DNA from: the human T2T-CHM13v2.0 reference genome, Homo sapiens
DNA length: 64,000 nt
Assembly (NCBI RefSeq): GCF_009914755.1
Contig: NC_060931.1
Strand: one strand, 5' to 3'
Position 1 is the first letter of the stretch. Each line of letters starts with the position of its first letter. The position numbers and the translations under genes are program-made. The notes beneath the pieces were generated by a model. That model saw only the letters and a list, made by a program, of their open reading frames with translations. It searched no databases and had not been told where the DNA came from. This document shows, one piece after another, positions 39,525 to 52,034 of the stretch.

Positions 39525-40030
39525 TATTTAGCTCTAATTTCTTGAGCACTGACTATTTGCTACCCAAGGAACTAGACTGGGTAGAATAGAAGTTACAAAT
39601 ACAAATTTTACTTTCTAAAAGTCTGTGCTAAAACCATAATTGCACTATATTATGATATGATATATAATATGGTAAAGGCATGTCTAAATTGATATAGCAG
39701 CTCATAGAAGGAAGTGACTGTTCTCTCTGAGGAAGTTTAGGAGGGCTTCCCAGAGGTGTCGACAATTTAGTTGTATGGAAAATACGAATATAAGTTTACC
39801 ATGTATAGAAGGAAGATATAGTAGCATTTGAGAAAGCGATATGCAAAGTTGTGACATGTAATGTTCGGTGAATGAAAATTAGTTCTGCATGATTATAGAT
39901 AGAGGGGTTGGAGACAAAGGAGTTTAAATGGCTTTGAAACACCGTTGAGTATTTCAGATGAGATCCTCTAGAGAACTGCAAGCCATTGGAGGTTTTTAAC
40001 TAAATTATTAAATTTTTAGGAAGATGAATT
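39525..40030 (-). mobile_element. L2
   Basis: ttcttgagcactgactat...gagggcttcccagagg...agccattggaggtttttaa. Confidence 0.6.
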
Positions 40031-42444
40031 GTGAAACAATATAAAACAAATATTATCTATTATAAACACTTAAATGAGTAACATTAAATGGTTTAATAGA
40101 AAAATAAAGGCTATGTTTTTATACAGACATGTTCAAATACTATCACATCCATTTATCACCTTTAGTTTTTAGCCTCTTGAAGTCAGTTTTCTCTTCCCTT
40201 TATGAAATGATCACAATATATCTAACTTGCATGACAGCTAGTTCACACAACATTGGGCACAAAGGAGGTGTTCAATAAATATTGTATTACCAATGGGTTT
40301 TATTCACACAATTTTTATAAAGATAAAAAACATACATTTAAAAGTCCTAGTATAAATCCTGGCACATATTAAGCATGATGTTTCATTTCCCTTTCTTTTT
40401 AAATTTTTGACTGAAATAATTGGATTTTGATACTTATTTTTATAAGAAAAGGCAAAGAAAAATTACTCAGTTTGAAAATGCCATAAGGAAATCTAGGGGA
40501 TTAAGCAGTGTGATTGAAAGAAAAAGACAATAATATAGTTATGTGATATCCATTCACATAAAAAGCAATAGCTTTCCAGTGGAATGCTGATCTATATAAA
40601 TATATACACCTAAAGTATAGAATAATTTCAGTTATAGAGGATGGAAATGGTCTGTGAATGTGATCATGGAAAAACATATATGGTAGAGTGTTGAGAGTAT
40701 TAAAAAAATTACAGAACAATATCTGTAGGCTGATTACATTTTTGAAAAGAAAGCATCAATTATATACATAGAATAGCATTTAAATGATATATGCCAAACT
40801 GTTAATATCATCTCTGTGATGATGTGCTGTTTTCAGTTTTACCGTGTACTGTTCTGCATTTCTTACATTTTTTTATATTCATAGGCATGTATTACATTTA
40901 CACTGTAAATACAAAATGGTAACACACACACACATATACACCTCTCATCAAGCTCTTTATTTTTTGCTAAGCTAATACACAAAAGATAGCACTAAAGAAC
41001 AAAACACCAGCTCCTTTTACCAAGGACCTAGCACACAAAAATGCAAAGGGAAAGTGGTAGCTTTGCCTTAATGAAGATAAAGCTGACAGTGAGAAAGTCC
41101 AGGGGAGGGTAATTGAAGAGATGTGCAGACATATGCCTCCACTCACTCATGGTTACTGACTACCAACGCTGCTGCTGTGTGTGGATGGCAGAGGCAATCT
41201 CTGAGGCTTGAAATTAAGTAAATAAAGATAAATTTCCCCTTTTATTACACATAGAATTAGAAGCAAAAAGGATGAGGGACCGTGGTGATAAATAGTGTAA
41301 AGCTAAACCTTAGCATATGGCACCTACAGCCACACAGGATATGTTTTTAAGAGACTCCAACCACAGTTAGAAACAAAAGTCTGAATCATTTTTAAATGAC
41401 AAATTGAAGGTATAAGATTATGAAATTGATTAATATGGAGTCACAAAGAGACTCGTTCTAAATTGCACAAGAAAATTTGGCAATGTTAAGGGGAAAAAAA
41501 TGCTATTTTTCATGTCCATGAAAACTCAGATTTTCTCTTTTAAACACTTTATGAGCATTTTGTATTTGTATATGTTATCTGCTTAATTTCAAGGCTGAGA
41601 GAGAACATTTGGAAAAACACAAACTAAAATTACCTGCTAATCCAATACATCATGTTGAGTTTCTTTTCTCCCTCAATTAAATCTTGTTTTTCCAAGATCA
41701 ACCACAAAACCCTACCTGCCAAATCCTGCAGGCCCTATTTTGTTCTGTATTAAGTGTGTGTGCATATACCATAGGGTGATGAAATTTTGTTAAATGTGGC
41801 AAGAATAATTTAAAATCACTCTTTTCTCCACCTTATGGCTACAGATGCCACATTTTTTGTTCCTTGCTATCCAGAAATACTAATTTTCAATTTTTACTAT
41901 GTTTTATATTTACACACAGACATATACACACATCACACATATACATCATCACAAGCATTTTCACAAGTAACCCTTAGCAATGTGACATATTTTAATAGCA
42001 GCAAAATATATCTGAGTTTATACTATATATTAAGCCATCCTAAAGTCAGATATTTAGGTTGTTTCAGGGTTTGAGTATTATAGAAATGCAATGATAAACA
42101 TATTAGCACACTTTTTTCTCCGTATATATAATTCTATCCTTAGGCTAGATGAGTTAGCCTCCTCAGCCTTGCTCTCAAGAATCAATAATAGTACTTACGA
42201 CAATAAATAAGTCTCTGATGCCACTCATCATAAACCAAACCACAGTCATCTGTGAGTGACAGGTTAACTCTAAATCAACACCTCTTCATTTGGAGTTTCC
42301 TCCTGTCTGAATTTTAATTTTGACCTCATACATGAAACCACTATTTGTTTTCACATTCCATAGAATCTGAATGCGTATTGTGTGCTGTTACTGATTGATC
42401 GTCATGTAGCAGTCTTAGTGTGCCTTCATTTCAATCTTCTGAAG

Positions 42445-42710
42445 TGTAATTATTTCAGTCAAGGTAGTCTAGGTTATGCCACAGTGATAAACAACACGAA
42501 TATCCTAGTGTTTTTCAAGACAAAGGCTTATTTCTTTCACACCATTTTCCATTGCAGGTGGAGACGACATGAAAAAAAAAAAGCCATCTTCAGAGCTAAA
42601 CACATGAAAATTGTAGCTCTTCTTACAAGCCAGAGCAGGAGAAAGTACCCCTATTATCCTATATCAAAAAACCAAAATATAAGAAGTCAGAAAACAAACT
42701 GCTAATGATG
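42445..42710 (-). mobile_element. Old MLT1 (J/K/L-like) LTR fragment
   Basis: agtcaaggtagtctaggttatgccacagtgataaacaac...caaaggcttatttc. Confidence 0.5.
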
Positions 42711-43070
42711 CTTCAATGACACTTAAAATTCTCATATGTTAAGAGCTTAAATTCAGGAAAATTCTCACATATTGCTGATCACAGCATAAATTCATGCACC
42801 CCCATTTTGAAGGCAATCTGGTTATATGTTAAAGAGCTTCAGAAATAATTATCTCCCTTGCTTTAACCCAGTCATTCTTTTTCTGGAGCTTTCAATAAAT
42901 AAAGCCAGACCTATCTGTCTGGCTGATCTGTTTCAATGACATAGCTGAATTTTTTTTTCTTGCAAAGTTGGGAAAAAGTATTTTAAATTGTATGATTTAA
43001 ATGCTGTCATATGGAGTATATGAAATTCATTTGGGGGCCCAGAGGACCCTCCAATTAACAGACAGTTACT

Positions 43071-43300
43071 TGTGATAGGTTGTGTTATGATTCACACATG
43101 TTCCTTGCTCTTCTCTCAGGGATAATTACATTCTGGCTCACTGACTCAGGACTGGCCCTGTGACTCACTCTCATCAATGAACTCTACACAGAAGTGACGT
43201 GTGTTGCCTCTGGGGAGCAGCTGTAAGTCCCTTCTGCAATGCTGACTGGCAGTGGTCCAGAGTGAGGCTGTTCCCTCAATCTGAGTAAGCAGAGCTTACT
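43071..43300 (+). mobile_element. MLT1I/J-like LTR fragment
   Basis: tgtgataggttg...ggccctgtgactcactctcatcaatgaa...cagaagtgacgtgtg. Confidence 0.6.
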
Positions 43301-43309
43301 ACTAAACTC

Positions 43310-43760
43310 CTAACCGTAGCCTACAAAGCTCTCCATTTATTATCTGGACCCTGTCTATCTCCAAACCTACTTCTAAGCCTCCTCTTCCACCACTCTCCAA
43401 ATTCATCCAAACATGCAGACCTCCTTGTTGCCCTAGAGTTCTCCAAGCATGCACCACTTCATGTCCCTTATGCTTGCCCTTCCTCCCCATGGAGTATGGT
43501 GTTTTGTTTTTTTCCTTCTTGTGTTTTCTGTCTCTGCTCAGATATGATCTCATGAAGAGAAAGGTCTTCCTTGATCATAGATCTTATACCTCAGACTCTT
43601 CCTTGGATTGCTTTATCTCCCTACTTTTTTTTATTTTTTAAAACTGTTGTTTTTATTATTTTCAAGTTGTTTATTTATTGCCTAAGTCACCCACTACTGT
43701 GTTCTCAATGCTTAGGCAAGTACCTGACACATAACATCTGTTTAATAAATATGTCAAGTT
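43310..43760 (+). mobile_element. L2 3' part
   Basis: CT-rich sense L2 ending gtacctgacacataacatctgtttaataaatatgt. Confidence 0.65.
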
Positions 43761-44122
43761 AAATTAACAAATGTAGTTTAGAGCAGGGCCGAATTTCACA
43801 TTCTTGAATAAACGGTTTGTTCTATTGCTACAAGGAATTTTCATAAATAGCAACAAGCGAAATAATTTAACTCCTTGAAATATATACTTAAAAATAAAGG
43901 AGACAGAACACAGATACAATAACATTACCATACCTTTCAAAATAGATATGTTAGATATTTCATCCTAAGATTATGAAACAATGAAAATAAAACATATCAT
44001 GGTGGAGCAAGATGGAAAAATCTTGGTGAAGAGTATAAATTGGATGCACATCACTTAATAATGATCACCATGCCTAGTTCCTAACTTTTAATTAGCTTGT
44101 TGGTAAAATGAAGATATAGAAA

Positions 44123-44494
44123 TATATTAGTCTGTTCTCACACTGCTATGAAGAACTGCCCAAGACTGGATAATTTATAAAACAAAGAGGTTTAATTGAC
44201 TCACAGTTCTGCATGGCTGGGAGGCCTCAGGAAACTTACAATCATGGCAGAAGAGAAAGCAAACACATCCTTCTTCACATGATTTCAGGAAACAGAAGAA
44301 TGAGAGCCAAGCAAAGGGGGAAGGAAGCCCCCTATAAAACTGTAAGATCTTGTGAGAACTTACTATCACCAGTCTAGCATGGGGGAAACTGCCCCCATGA
44401 TTCAATTATCTCCACCTGGTCCCACCCTTGACATGTGGGGATTATTACAATTCAAGATGAGATTTAGATGGGGACACAGATCCAAACCATATCG
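44123..44494 (-). mobile_element. THE1 (C/D-like) solo LTR
   Basis: tattagtctgttctcacactgct...gaggtttaattgactcacagttc...ccaaaccatatc. Confidence 0.92.
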
Positions 44495-44527
44495 ACAGAT
44501 TATTGTGAGATTAAAAATCTATATTCA

Positions 44528-44911
<384 letters not shown>

Positions 44912-45884
44912 TTATATTATCATTAATTTTAATATATTTTAAATTTTGAACATATAACACATCAATACTTAAAAGTAGATTACCTAATCATAAATATTTT
45001 CCAAATAGAAAGTCTATCTAATGATGAAAAAGCATTACGTTATACACTTTAACTTAAAAATTTAACCATTGTAAACTAAAATTCTCTTTCCTCATGAATA
45101 TATGAAATTCATATAAATTTCTGTAGATTATTAGGCTTTAGTGAGATTTAAAAAATGTATAGCTTACTTTATTATAGGAACATAAGTATGTTTAATTTAA
45201 GTTGAAATGGTTGCTAGAAAATGTATTAAAAAATCACTCTACTTTTTTTCCCATATAAAACCCAACTCTCATAATTATCTAGCATATCATCAAATCACAT
45301 GAGTGTTGCTTGAAATAGTCATGACCAGATGTTAAGTACAGTTTTGTCTTCATAATTTTAACAAGATATGGTTTAGTTTTTTTCTTGTCTTTTAAAGCTC
45401 ACTGATTACACAATACATTCTCTCTCCACAAAGTATATAAAGTTTGTTCCAACAAAAGTATACAAAATAAAAAAGTAATATATATTTAAAATGAAATTTT
45501 AGGACTGCTATCTGCTGAAAACAGTAGAAAATGAAGGTAAGAGGAGAAATTTGGAGATAAAAATTTTTTTCAGTAAATATTCTTATACTCACTCTGAATC
45601 ACTAGAAATGATATCTCTAATTGTCCCTTTATGTAGCCTGATCCTGTAATTCAAATAAAGTTCTATTGTCATTAAGTGGGTTAAATAATTGTATCAATAC
45701 TCCATCTAAGGAAGTATACTACTACTTTACCTTTCCACCCTCACCATTTATGTTCTGCTACACAAGGAAAAGAAAACTATATGTCACATTTTCCTCCTTA
45801 AAATTATGAAGAATTCTGAATCTTTGGAAAGAATGGAAAAGAAAGTTTAAAGTTTTTCTTTACAAAAGTAAATATCCTTTAGCA

Positions 45885-46355
45885 CAGAGTTAGCTGGTAC
45901 TCCCCCAAATCCATTCTCTACTAATGTTAGTAATAGAATTCCAAATATTTAGCTGGGCACGTGAAGCCTAAGTCACCCTTTCAGCTAGGTTTGGCCATGT
46001 AACTAAGTTCATGGCCACGGGAACATAAGCAGGAGAGCCATGCCTGGGCTCTTGGGATATGTTCTTAAGGAAAGGCTGCACTTCCTTCTTTTCTCTCTCT
46101 GGTTGCTTGGAACACAGACTTGATAATGGGTCCTTAAGCACCCATTTTGTACATGAAATGGAGCTGAGTATTGGGAATAATTCAGCTGAGTATTGGGAAT
46201 AATTCAGTAACAGACAGAATCTGAGTCCCCAGTGATTCCTGAAACTACCGTGTCAACTTGGGACTTCTACCTCTAGTTTGCTTTTATATGAAGGAAAAAT
46301 AAAATTATTATCTTGTATTTTTGTCAATTTAGCAAAACCTAATTCTAACTGATAA
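45885..46355 (+). mobile_element. MLT1J-like LTR
   Basis: cccaaatccattctc...agctaggtttggccatgtaactaagttc...cctaattctaactgata. Confidence 0.65.
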
Positions 46356-48923
46356 AACCACATTCATGAGACTTTCTTTCATATTAATAGCATACTTAAT
46401 ATATATTGCAAACAACAACTCATAAAGGCATAGATAGAATCCCTTAATATCACACAAATGATGTTAAATATTTAAGTGGAGGGAAATTACAGTGATTCAA
46501 ACTACTGCTGATTAACTAAAAATCTAAAATTAAGATCAAACAAATCCAAGGTCATAACTATTTTAAGAGCTACTTATGTGTACCTTATTCTAAATTTTAT
46601 TTCATGGGAGAGAAAGCAAAAATATCAATTCATGGTTCAGTGTGTGCACACTAGCAACACTTGATGTAGAAGCTGAAGCTCCCAGCAAGAGAGAACAGCT
46701 TGAGAACAATGTCTAAGTGGTTTTATGTGCAACAATGTCAAGCTGTAAGTGGGCTAAGCTCAGTTACAGAGCTGAAATCCTATTGCTTCAGGGAAAGTAG
46801 GTTCTCTAAGGTTATCCACTTAAAAACAGATGAAACAGATCTAGAGCAGTGTTTCATGCCCAGACAATAGGGCTGGTAGGAACTAAACTAGAAAGGCAGG
46901 ACCCAGCCAGCCACTTGGTTGGGATAACGGCCAAGAGGAAGATAAAACTGAAGTCAAACTCAAAACCTAAGTAGGATTTAGCAAAGAATAGAGACAATAG
47001 GTAGAACTACATAAGAAAGAACACCATGACAAAACATTGACAAATCACCAAAACAGAACACCATGACAAACACCATTGAGGCCAATAAAACAAAGGGACA
47101 AATAAAAACAAACAGCAAAACAAAACATATGAGTATTCTTTCAAAGTAGGACCATGCAATCTCTTTGCTTAAAGCAGAACTAACAATTAGGGAAGAGGTG
47201 AGGGTGAGTTCTGAGGTCACTAAAAACCTGCGGTCTGCATCATGGCAGATGGAAAGCCACAGAAGGACTATAGTGTTGGCTGCCTTTTCCACTTGTGCCC
47301 TTGAAAGAGATCACTCCGACAGAACAGGTGAGAAGGGCTTGAGGAAAAACTAGTTTGGAGTCAGCTTTTTAGAACACTGAGGCAGTGGAGGGAAATAATG
47401 ACAGTTTCTACCAGAGCGAATGAGGCAAACAGGAAGAGGAATGGTAACTTTGAGGGCATAATTAGAAGCACTTAATGAAGGCAAGATCAGAAGCACTTAG
47501 AGAGCTGAGCTGTGGGGCAGTGGCAGAACAATGGGATGAGCCAGGGCTCTGGCTTTGGTGGTTTTGCAGATGGTACTGCCAGAACTGGAATAGAAACTTG
47601 AAAATTTTAGAGAAAACCCAGTTTTAGGGGGAAATGACATGATAGGTGTTTGTAAGATGTAATTTGAAGTACCTATTGGACATCCAGGTGGGTAGATTCA
47701 CAAAAATTTGTCTTTTTGAGTATACCTCAGAAGAGCATCCAGATACACTAAACTCCAGGCATGATGCTATAAGAGGGTTCCAAAAAATTTAGCTAAAATT
47801 TGGGCCATATTGCTATGATGTTACTCAAAACATGAAAGTCAAGATAATACAATTGTACATCATTGACGACATGCAGAAGTGATCAGGATATCTCATTTGC
47901 CAGCCCTCTCTCTTCCCCCAAACAGTACTATTTCGTAAAGGAGACTGCAGAGTTTCCACAGGGATCATTAGACTAAAGAGGGCTTTTGTTATATTTTTAG
48001 ATATGTGAACATCTTGAGAATACTCATAATATTACAAGGTACACAGAGCTTGAAGATTCAAATTAATGAATTAAGGTGGCTGAGAAATATACAAATCACA
48101 AGCATGATATTGAGAACGATAAGAACTATTTACTAAGCCTGTAATCAAAATGTACAATCTGTATTTGGGAAACATCAAGTTAGAGTCTCAAACTAGTCTA
48201 TTTAAGAACTCATCTCACAGGTTGCACAGCCACAGAACATCCCTAGTTCTGTAAAAGTAAGTGAAAGCAATTTTAAATCTGCAAACAAAGACAGTCGTCT
48301 AAAGCTGCTTAAAAAATAAAAATAAAATCACCTCTCTAGGGCAGGAACTCTTGCGGGTTTCTGAATTGGCAGGGTCATTTCCCCAGAGGTTGAAAAGAAC
48401 GGACCTGCACTCATTCCATTTTATGCTACTGCTTGCTTGCTTGTGCTCTTGTTTGATTTGCATTTCAACTCCATTTCTGCCAACAAATGCAGCCCCAGGT
48501 TCTCCTTAGAATAACTTCTTCCCGGCCAGGCACGGAGTCAAATTACAAACTGAATTGGGGAAGGAGGCCAAACGAAGATCCACCTTGTCTTGCTCCTTAT
48601 GTAGGAGTTTACTAGGGCTGCACCTGGGATTGGCTTTCTCTGCCAGGCCTTTTCTATTATCTAATTCAGCTGTAAGGTAAGTTGAGTCTCTCCTTTTCTC
48701 TGACAGTGTTTTAAATTTTTTAACTATTCATGCTTTTAAACTCTTCTAAAAGTATTGCAGATCCTTCAGGATTTCGATTAAACTTTAATATACATGAATA
48801 TGATTAAAAATAAGTAAATAATAAAACTAAGGTTTTGAATGTAAAATAGAGTAGGTCTTGTTCCCAGGACTGGCTCTGCCTCCAGCTATGTGACCCTGGG
48901 CAAGTCATTATACTTTTCTGTTC

Positions 48924-48962
48924 GTGTGTGTGTGTTTGTGTGTGTGTTTGTGTGTGTGTGTT

Positions 48963-48995
<33 letters not shown>

Positions 48996-48999
48996 GTGT
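48924..48999 (+). repeat. Interrupted (TG)n microsatellite inside a MIR (~48830-49050)
   Basis: TG run with periodic TTT interruptions, lying between MIR tgtgaccctgggcaagtca and tgtaaaatg. Confidence 0.93.
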
Positions 49000-50569
49000 A
49001 AAATGAAGAGGTGATTTTTAACAGGCCTTGGCAGTTGTCAAAGTCTCTGTAATATAGACTTGTAATGTAATGCAAAACGACCCTATGAAAAAGATGGTAA
49101 TTTTCTTTGAAGGTGTTTCTCTCTTTCATAAAACACCTTCTGGTATCAGCAATAAAGGGCAGGGACCATTACTGCTTTTCTTTGTTTCAGAATAAATTTT
49201 GAACTTTTTCCCAACGAAGTCCCTTAGAATTTTTAGCAATACACATTTCTCTGCAGTTCTATTTCTGTCTCACAAGCCTGTTGCTTTTCTTTTTCAATAG
49301 CTACACTCCCTTCCCCCATTAAAGATAAATAAATCTCCTCTGCTAAACTGGCCTTTCCCTGCTAACTTTCAACTTCATGGTAAGAAGCAACTCGCCTGTT
49401 AGCCAGGTGTATTTAGAGATGAGGAGGCCATGTTCCTTTAGTTGACATCTCAAAGAGCTTTGGGCAAGGCCTGTGTGAAAAGCAGTTTGACCTCTGAATA
49501 ACTTCTTGCTCATATCCTACCCAGATGATAGCAATGTTTTCTTGTTTAAATAAGTGTTTTCCCTCCCTCCTACTTTCCTGGAAAATAATTAAATCAAATG
49601 TCCACGACACAGTATAAAACAAAGGGCCAGGTGGAATTAATATTGAAAATCCACCCCTAAATGTATTCTAATTATGAATTATTTGAACACTTCCTTTTCT
49701 CTAAAACGGATGTAGTTTTAGAACCTGCCTATGTAAAGTTGTAATGGTGATTAAATGAGATAAAACAGAGCCTGGAAAACAGCACTGAATAAGCATTATC
49801 TATTGTTATTTGATCATCTTCAGATGTAATTAAAAGCTTACGATGAAACATTTGTCAATTTCATGCTAACTAGAGAAATCTTTGTAATTTCATGTGTAAA
49901 ATGTGCTAGTGTTTTCACCATTTGAGAAACTATGTTATTCCCTTGATAATAAATACACAGACCTCTTGAATCTATTAAGTGTGATAAGACACTTGGGAAA
50001 GTAAGAAAGAAGGGGCAAGACTTAAAAGATTAGGAATCTGGAAAAATTCAACAAAGAAAGAGGAAAGATAAAAGAGAGAAACACTAAATATGATTAAATA
50101 ATTATGTCATAATGGAAGTGTTCATAAAATAGAAAAAAATAATATTCCAATAGGCAGGATTTGAGATTACCACAATGTTGAAAGATTAAGGAAGGATGAA
50201 CTGAAAAGCACAGTAAAATCTTGCTATATACTCCAGAAGCTATTTGCACTTCTCAGTTAACACTTTCAGATTCTTGGTTGATGCCTGTTTCCCAAACTTG
50301 CTTGTATTTATAAGAAGGGTAGGGGTCAAGGTTTATTTATTCACCATGGTATCCCCAGCACTCAGTACTATCATAGTAAATGCTCAATAAACATGTGCTG
50401 ATTTAAAACAGAAGTGTATGACAGAAGCCAGTGGAAACCACCTCCCCAACACTACTGCCAAAGGAATTTGGAGATGCTATTACTAAAAGAGTAAACAAAA
50501 GAGATTATAATGCTATCGTATTTTTGAATTGAAAGAAAACAAGACAAAAACTGTGAACATAATTTCTGA

Positions 50570-51620
50570 CACATTCATTTTAAAAATATTTATCATGTAG
50601 TACCTAGCCTAGCCCATGTTCTCCTGGAGCTTAGAATCTAGTAGTAGAGACAATATTCATATCTGTGTATGCAAACGACAATTTAATTAATTGAGGTAAG
50701 TGTCCCGAAATAGAAGTGTGTCATCCTGTGCAATGTGTAACTGGATCAGGAAGGTGGGTGGGGGGATGATTGGTGATATTTAAGCTGAATGATGAAGTAG
50801 GCATTAGTCAGGCAAAAGCTGGTGGGTGGGGGGATAATTCCAGGCAGAAAGAACAGCATATGCAAAGGTTTTGAGGCAGGAAAGAGCTTCCTGGCCTACT
50901 CCCAGAACTGAAAGATACTAGTGTAGCTAGAATATAGTGGACAAAAGGAAAAGAGGTGAGTGAGGAGTTGAACCATCAGGGATAGTTCATCTGTTGGTCA
51001 GCTGATAGGAAATCATTGAGAATATTCAAACAGGAGAATAATACAGAGTTACATTTTAAAATGTGTATTCTAGCTAGATGTGGTGGTGCATGCCTAGAGT
51101 CCCATCTGCTTGGGAAGCTGAGGTGAGAGGATTGCTTGAACCCAGGAGTTCAATATGGTATTGAGCCATGATGGCACCACTGCACTCCAGCCTGGGCCAC
51201 AGAAGAGACCCTGTCTAAGAAAAAAATAAATAAATAAAAATAAAAAATAAAAAAAGGATAGAAGGTGGAGAGTAAACGTGGAGAAACACATTTTTGAGGT
51301 TACTACAGTAATGAACACAGTTTTGAGATTACTATAGTAATGAAAGTGGAAGAAAATTGTGCCTTGGGCTAAAGTGGAGCCACTGGAGACAGAGACATGT
51401 GAGTGATTTAAGATGTATTTAGAAGGTAAAACTTTGGCTGAATGGAGAAAGAAGGACACAAATAGGTTAAAAATGACTTTCTGGATCCTAGCTTGAGCAA
51501 GCCCGATGGATGTTCCTTTTATTGAGAAGAAGATTGAAGGGCAAGGAGAGATTGGGGTTCAGTTTTAGAAATGTTCAGTTTAGATGCTGAGAGCACATCC
51601 AAGCAGTGACGTTAAGTGCA
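50570..51620 (-). mobile_element. L2 (long antisense copy) hosting a FRAM
   Basis: ctcctggagcttagaatctagt...caggcagaaagaacagcatatgcaaagg...ggttcagttttagaaatgttcagttt. Confidence 0.8.
51072..51255 (+). mobile_element. FRAM/Alu right monomer
   Basis: gtggtggtgcatgcc...ccactgcactccagcctggg...gaccctgtct plus A-rich tail. Confidence 0.85.
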
Positions 51621-51809
51621 CAGATGAGCCTTTGCTTTTATCTCCACCTGCTTCAGTGCTATCCCATTGAGCTGCTTTGCTGAGATCCAGCCAACCTCCC
51701 CTGTAAAGTCATGGTGGTGGAAAGATGCTAAAGCATTTGAAGCTGAGAAGGGAGTTGTGATATTTTAGAGAGCAATTTTAATAAGTACTAGAGCCCTAAT
51801 TACAGCTTG

Positions 51810-52034
51810 GTAACTATAGTTAAGAAGATGTTGTAGACTTGAAATTTGTTGAGAGTAAAAATGAAGTGTTCTCATCTCACACATACACGGTAACTGTGAG
51901 GTGATGAATATATTAATTAATTTGATTGTGGTAATCATTTTGCAATGTGTACATATATCAAACATCATGTTTTACACCTTAAATATATACAATTTTTATT
52001 TGTCAATCATACCTCAATAAGGCTGATAAAAAAG
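51810..52034 (+). mobile_element. L1MA (8/9-like) 3' end
   Basis: gacttgaaatttgttgagag...gaggtgatg...atacctcaataaggctg. Confidence 0.85.

Noticed and set aside
47018-47070. 16-bp direct repeat agaacaccatgacaaa x2 as a CRISPR-like or functional array
   Set aside because: There are only two copies in A/C-rich low-complexity eukaryotic DNA; this is an ordinary local duplication.
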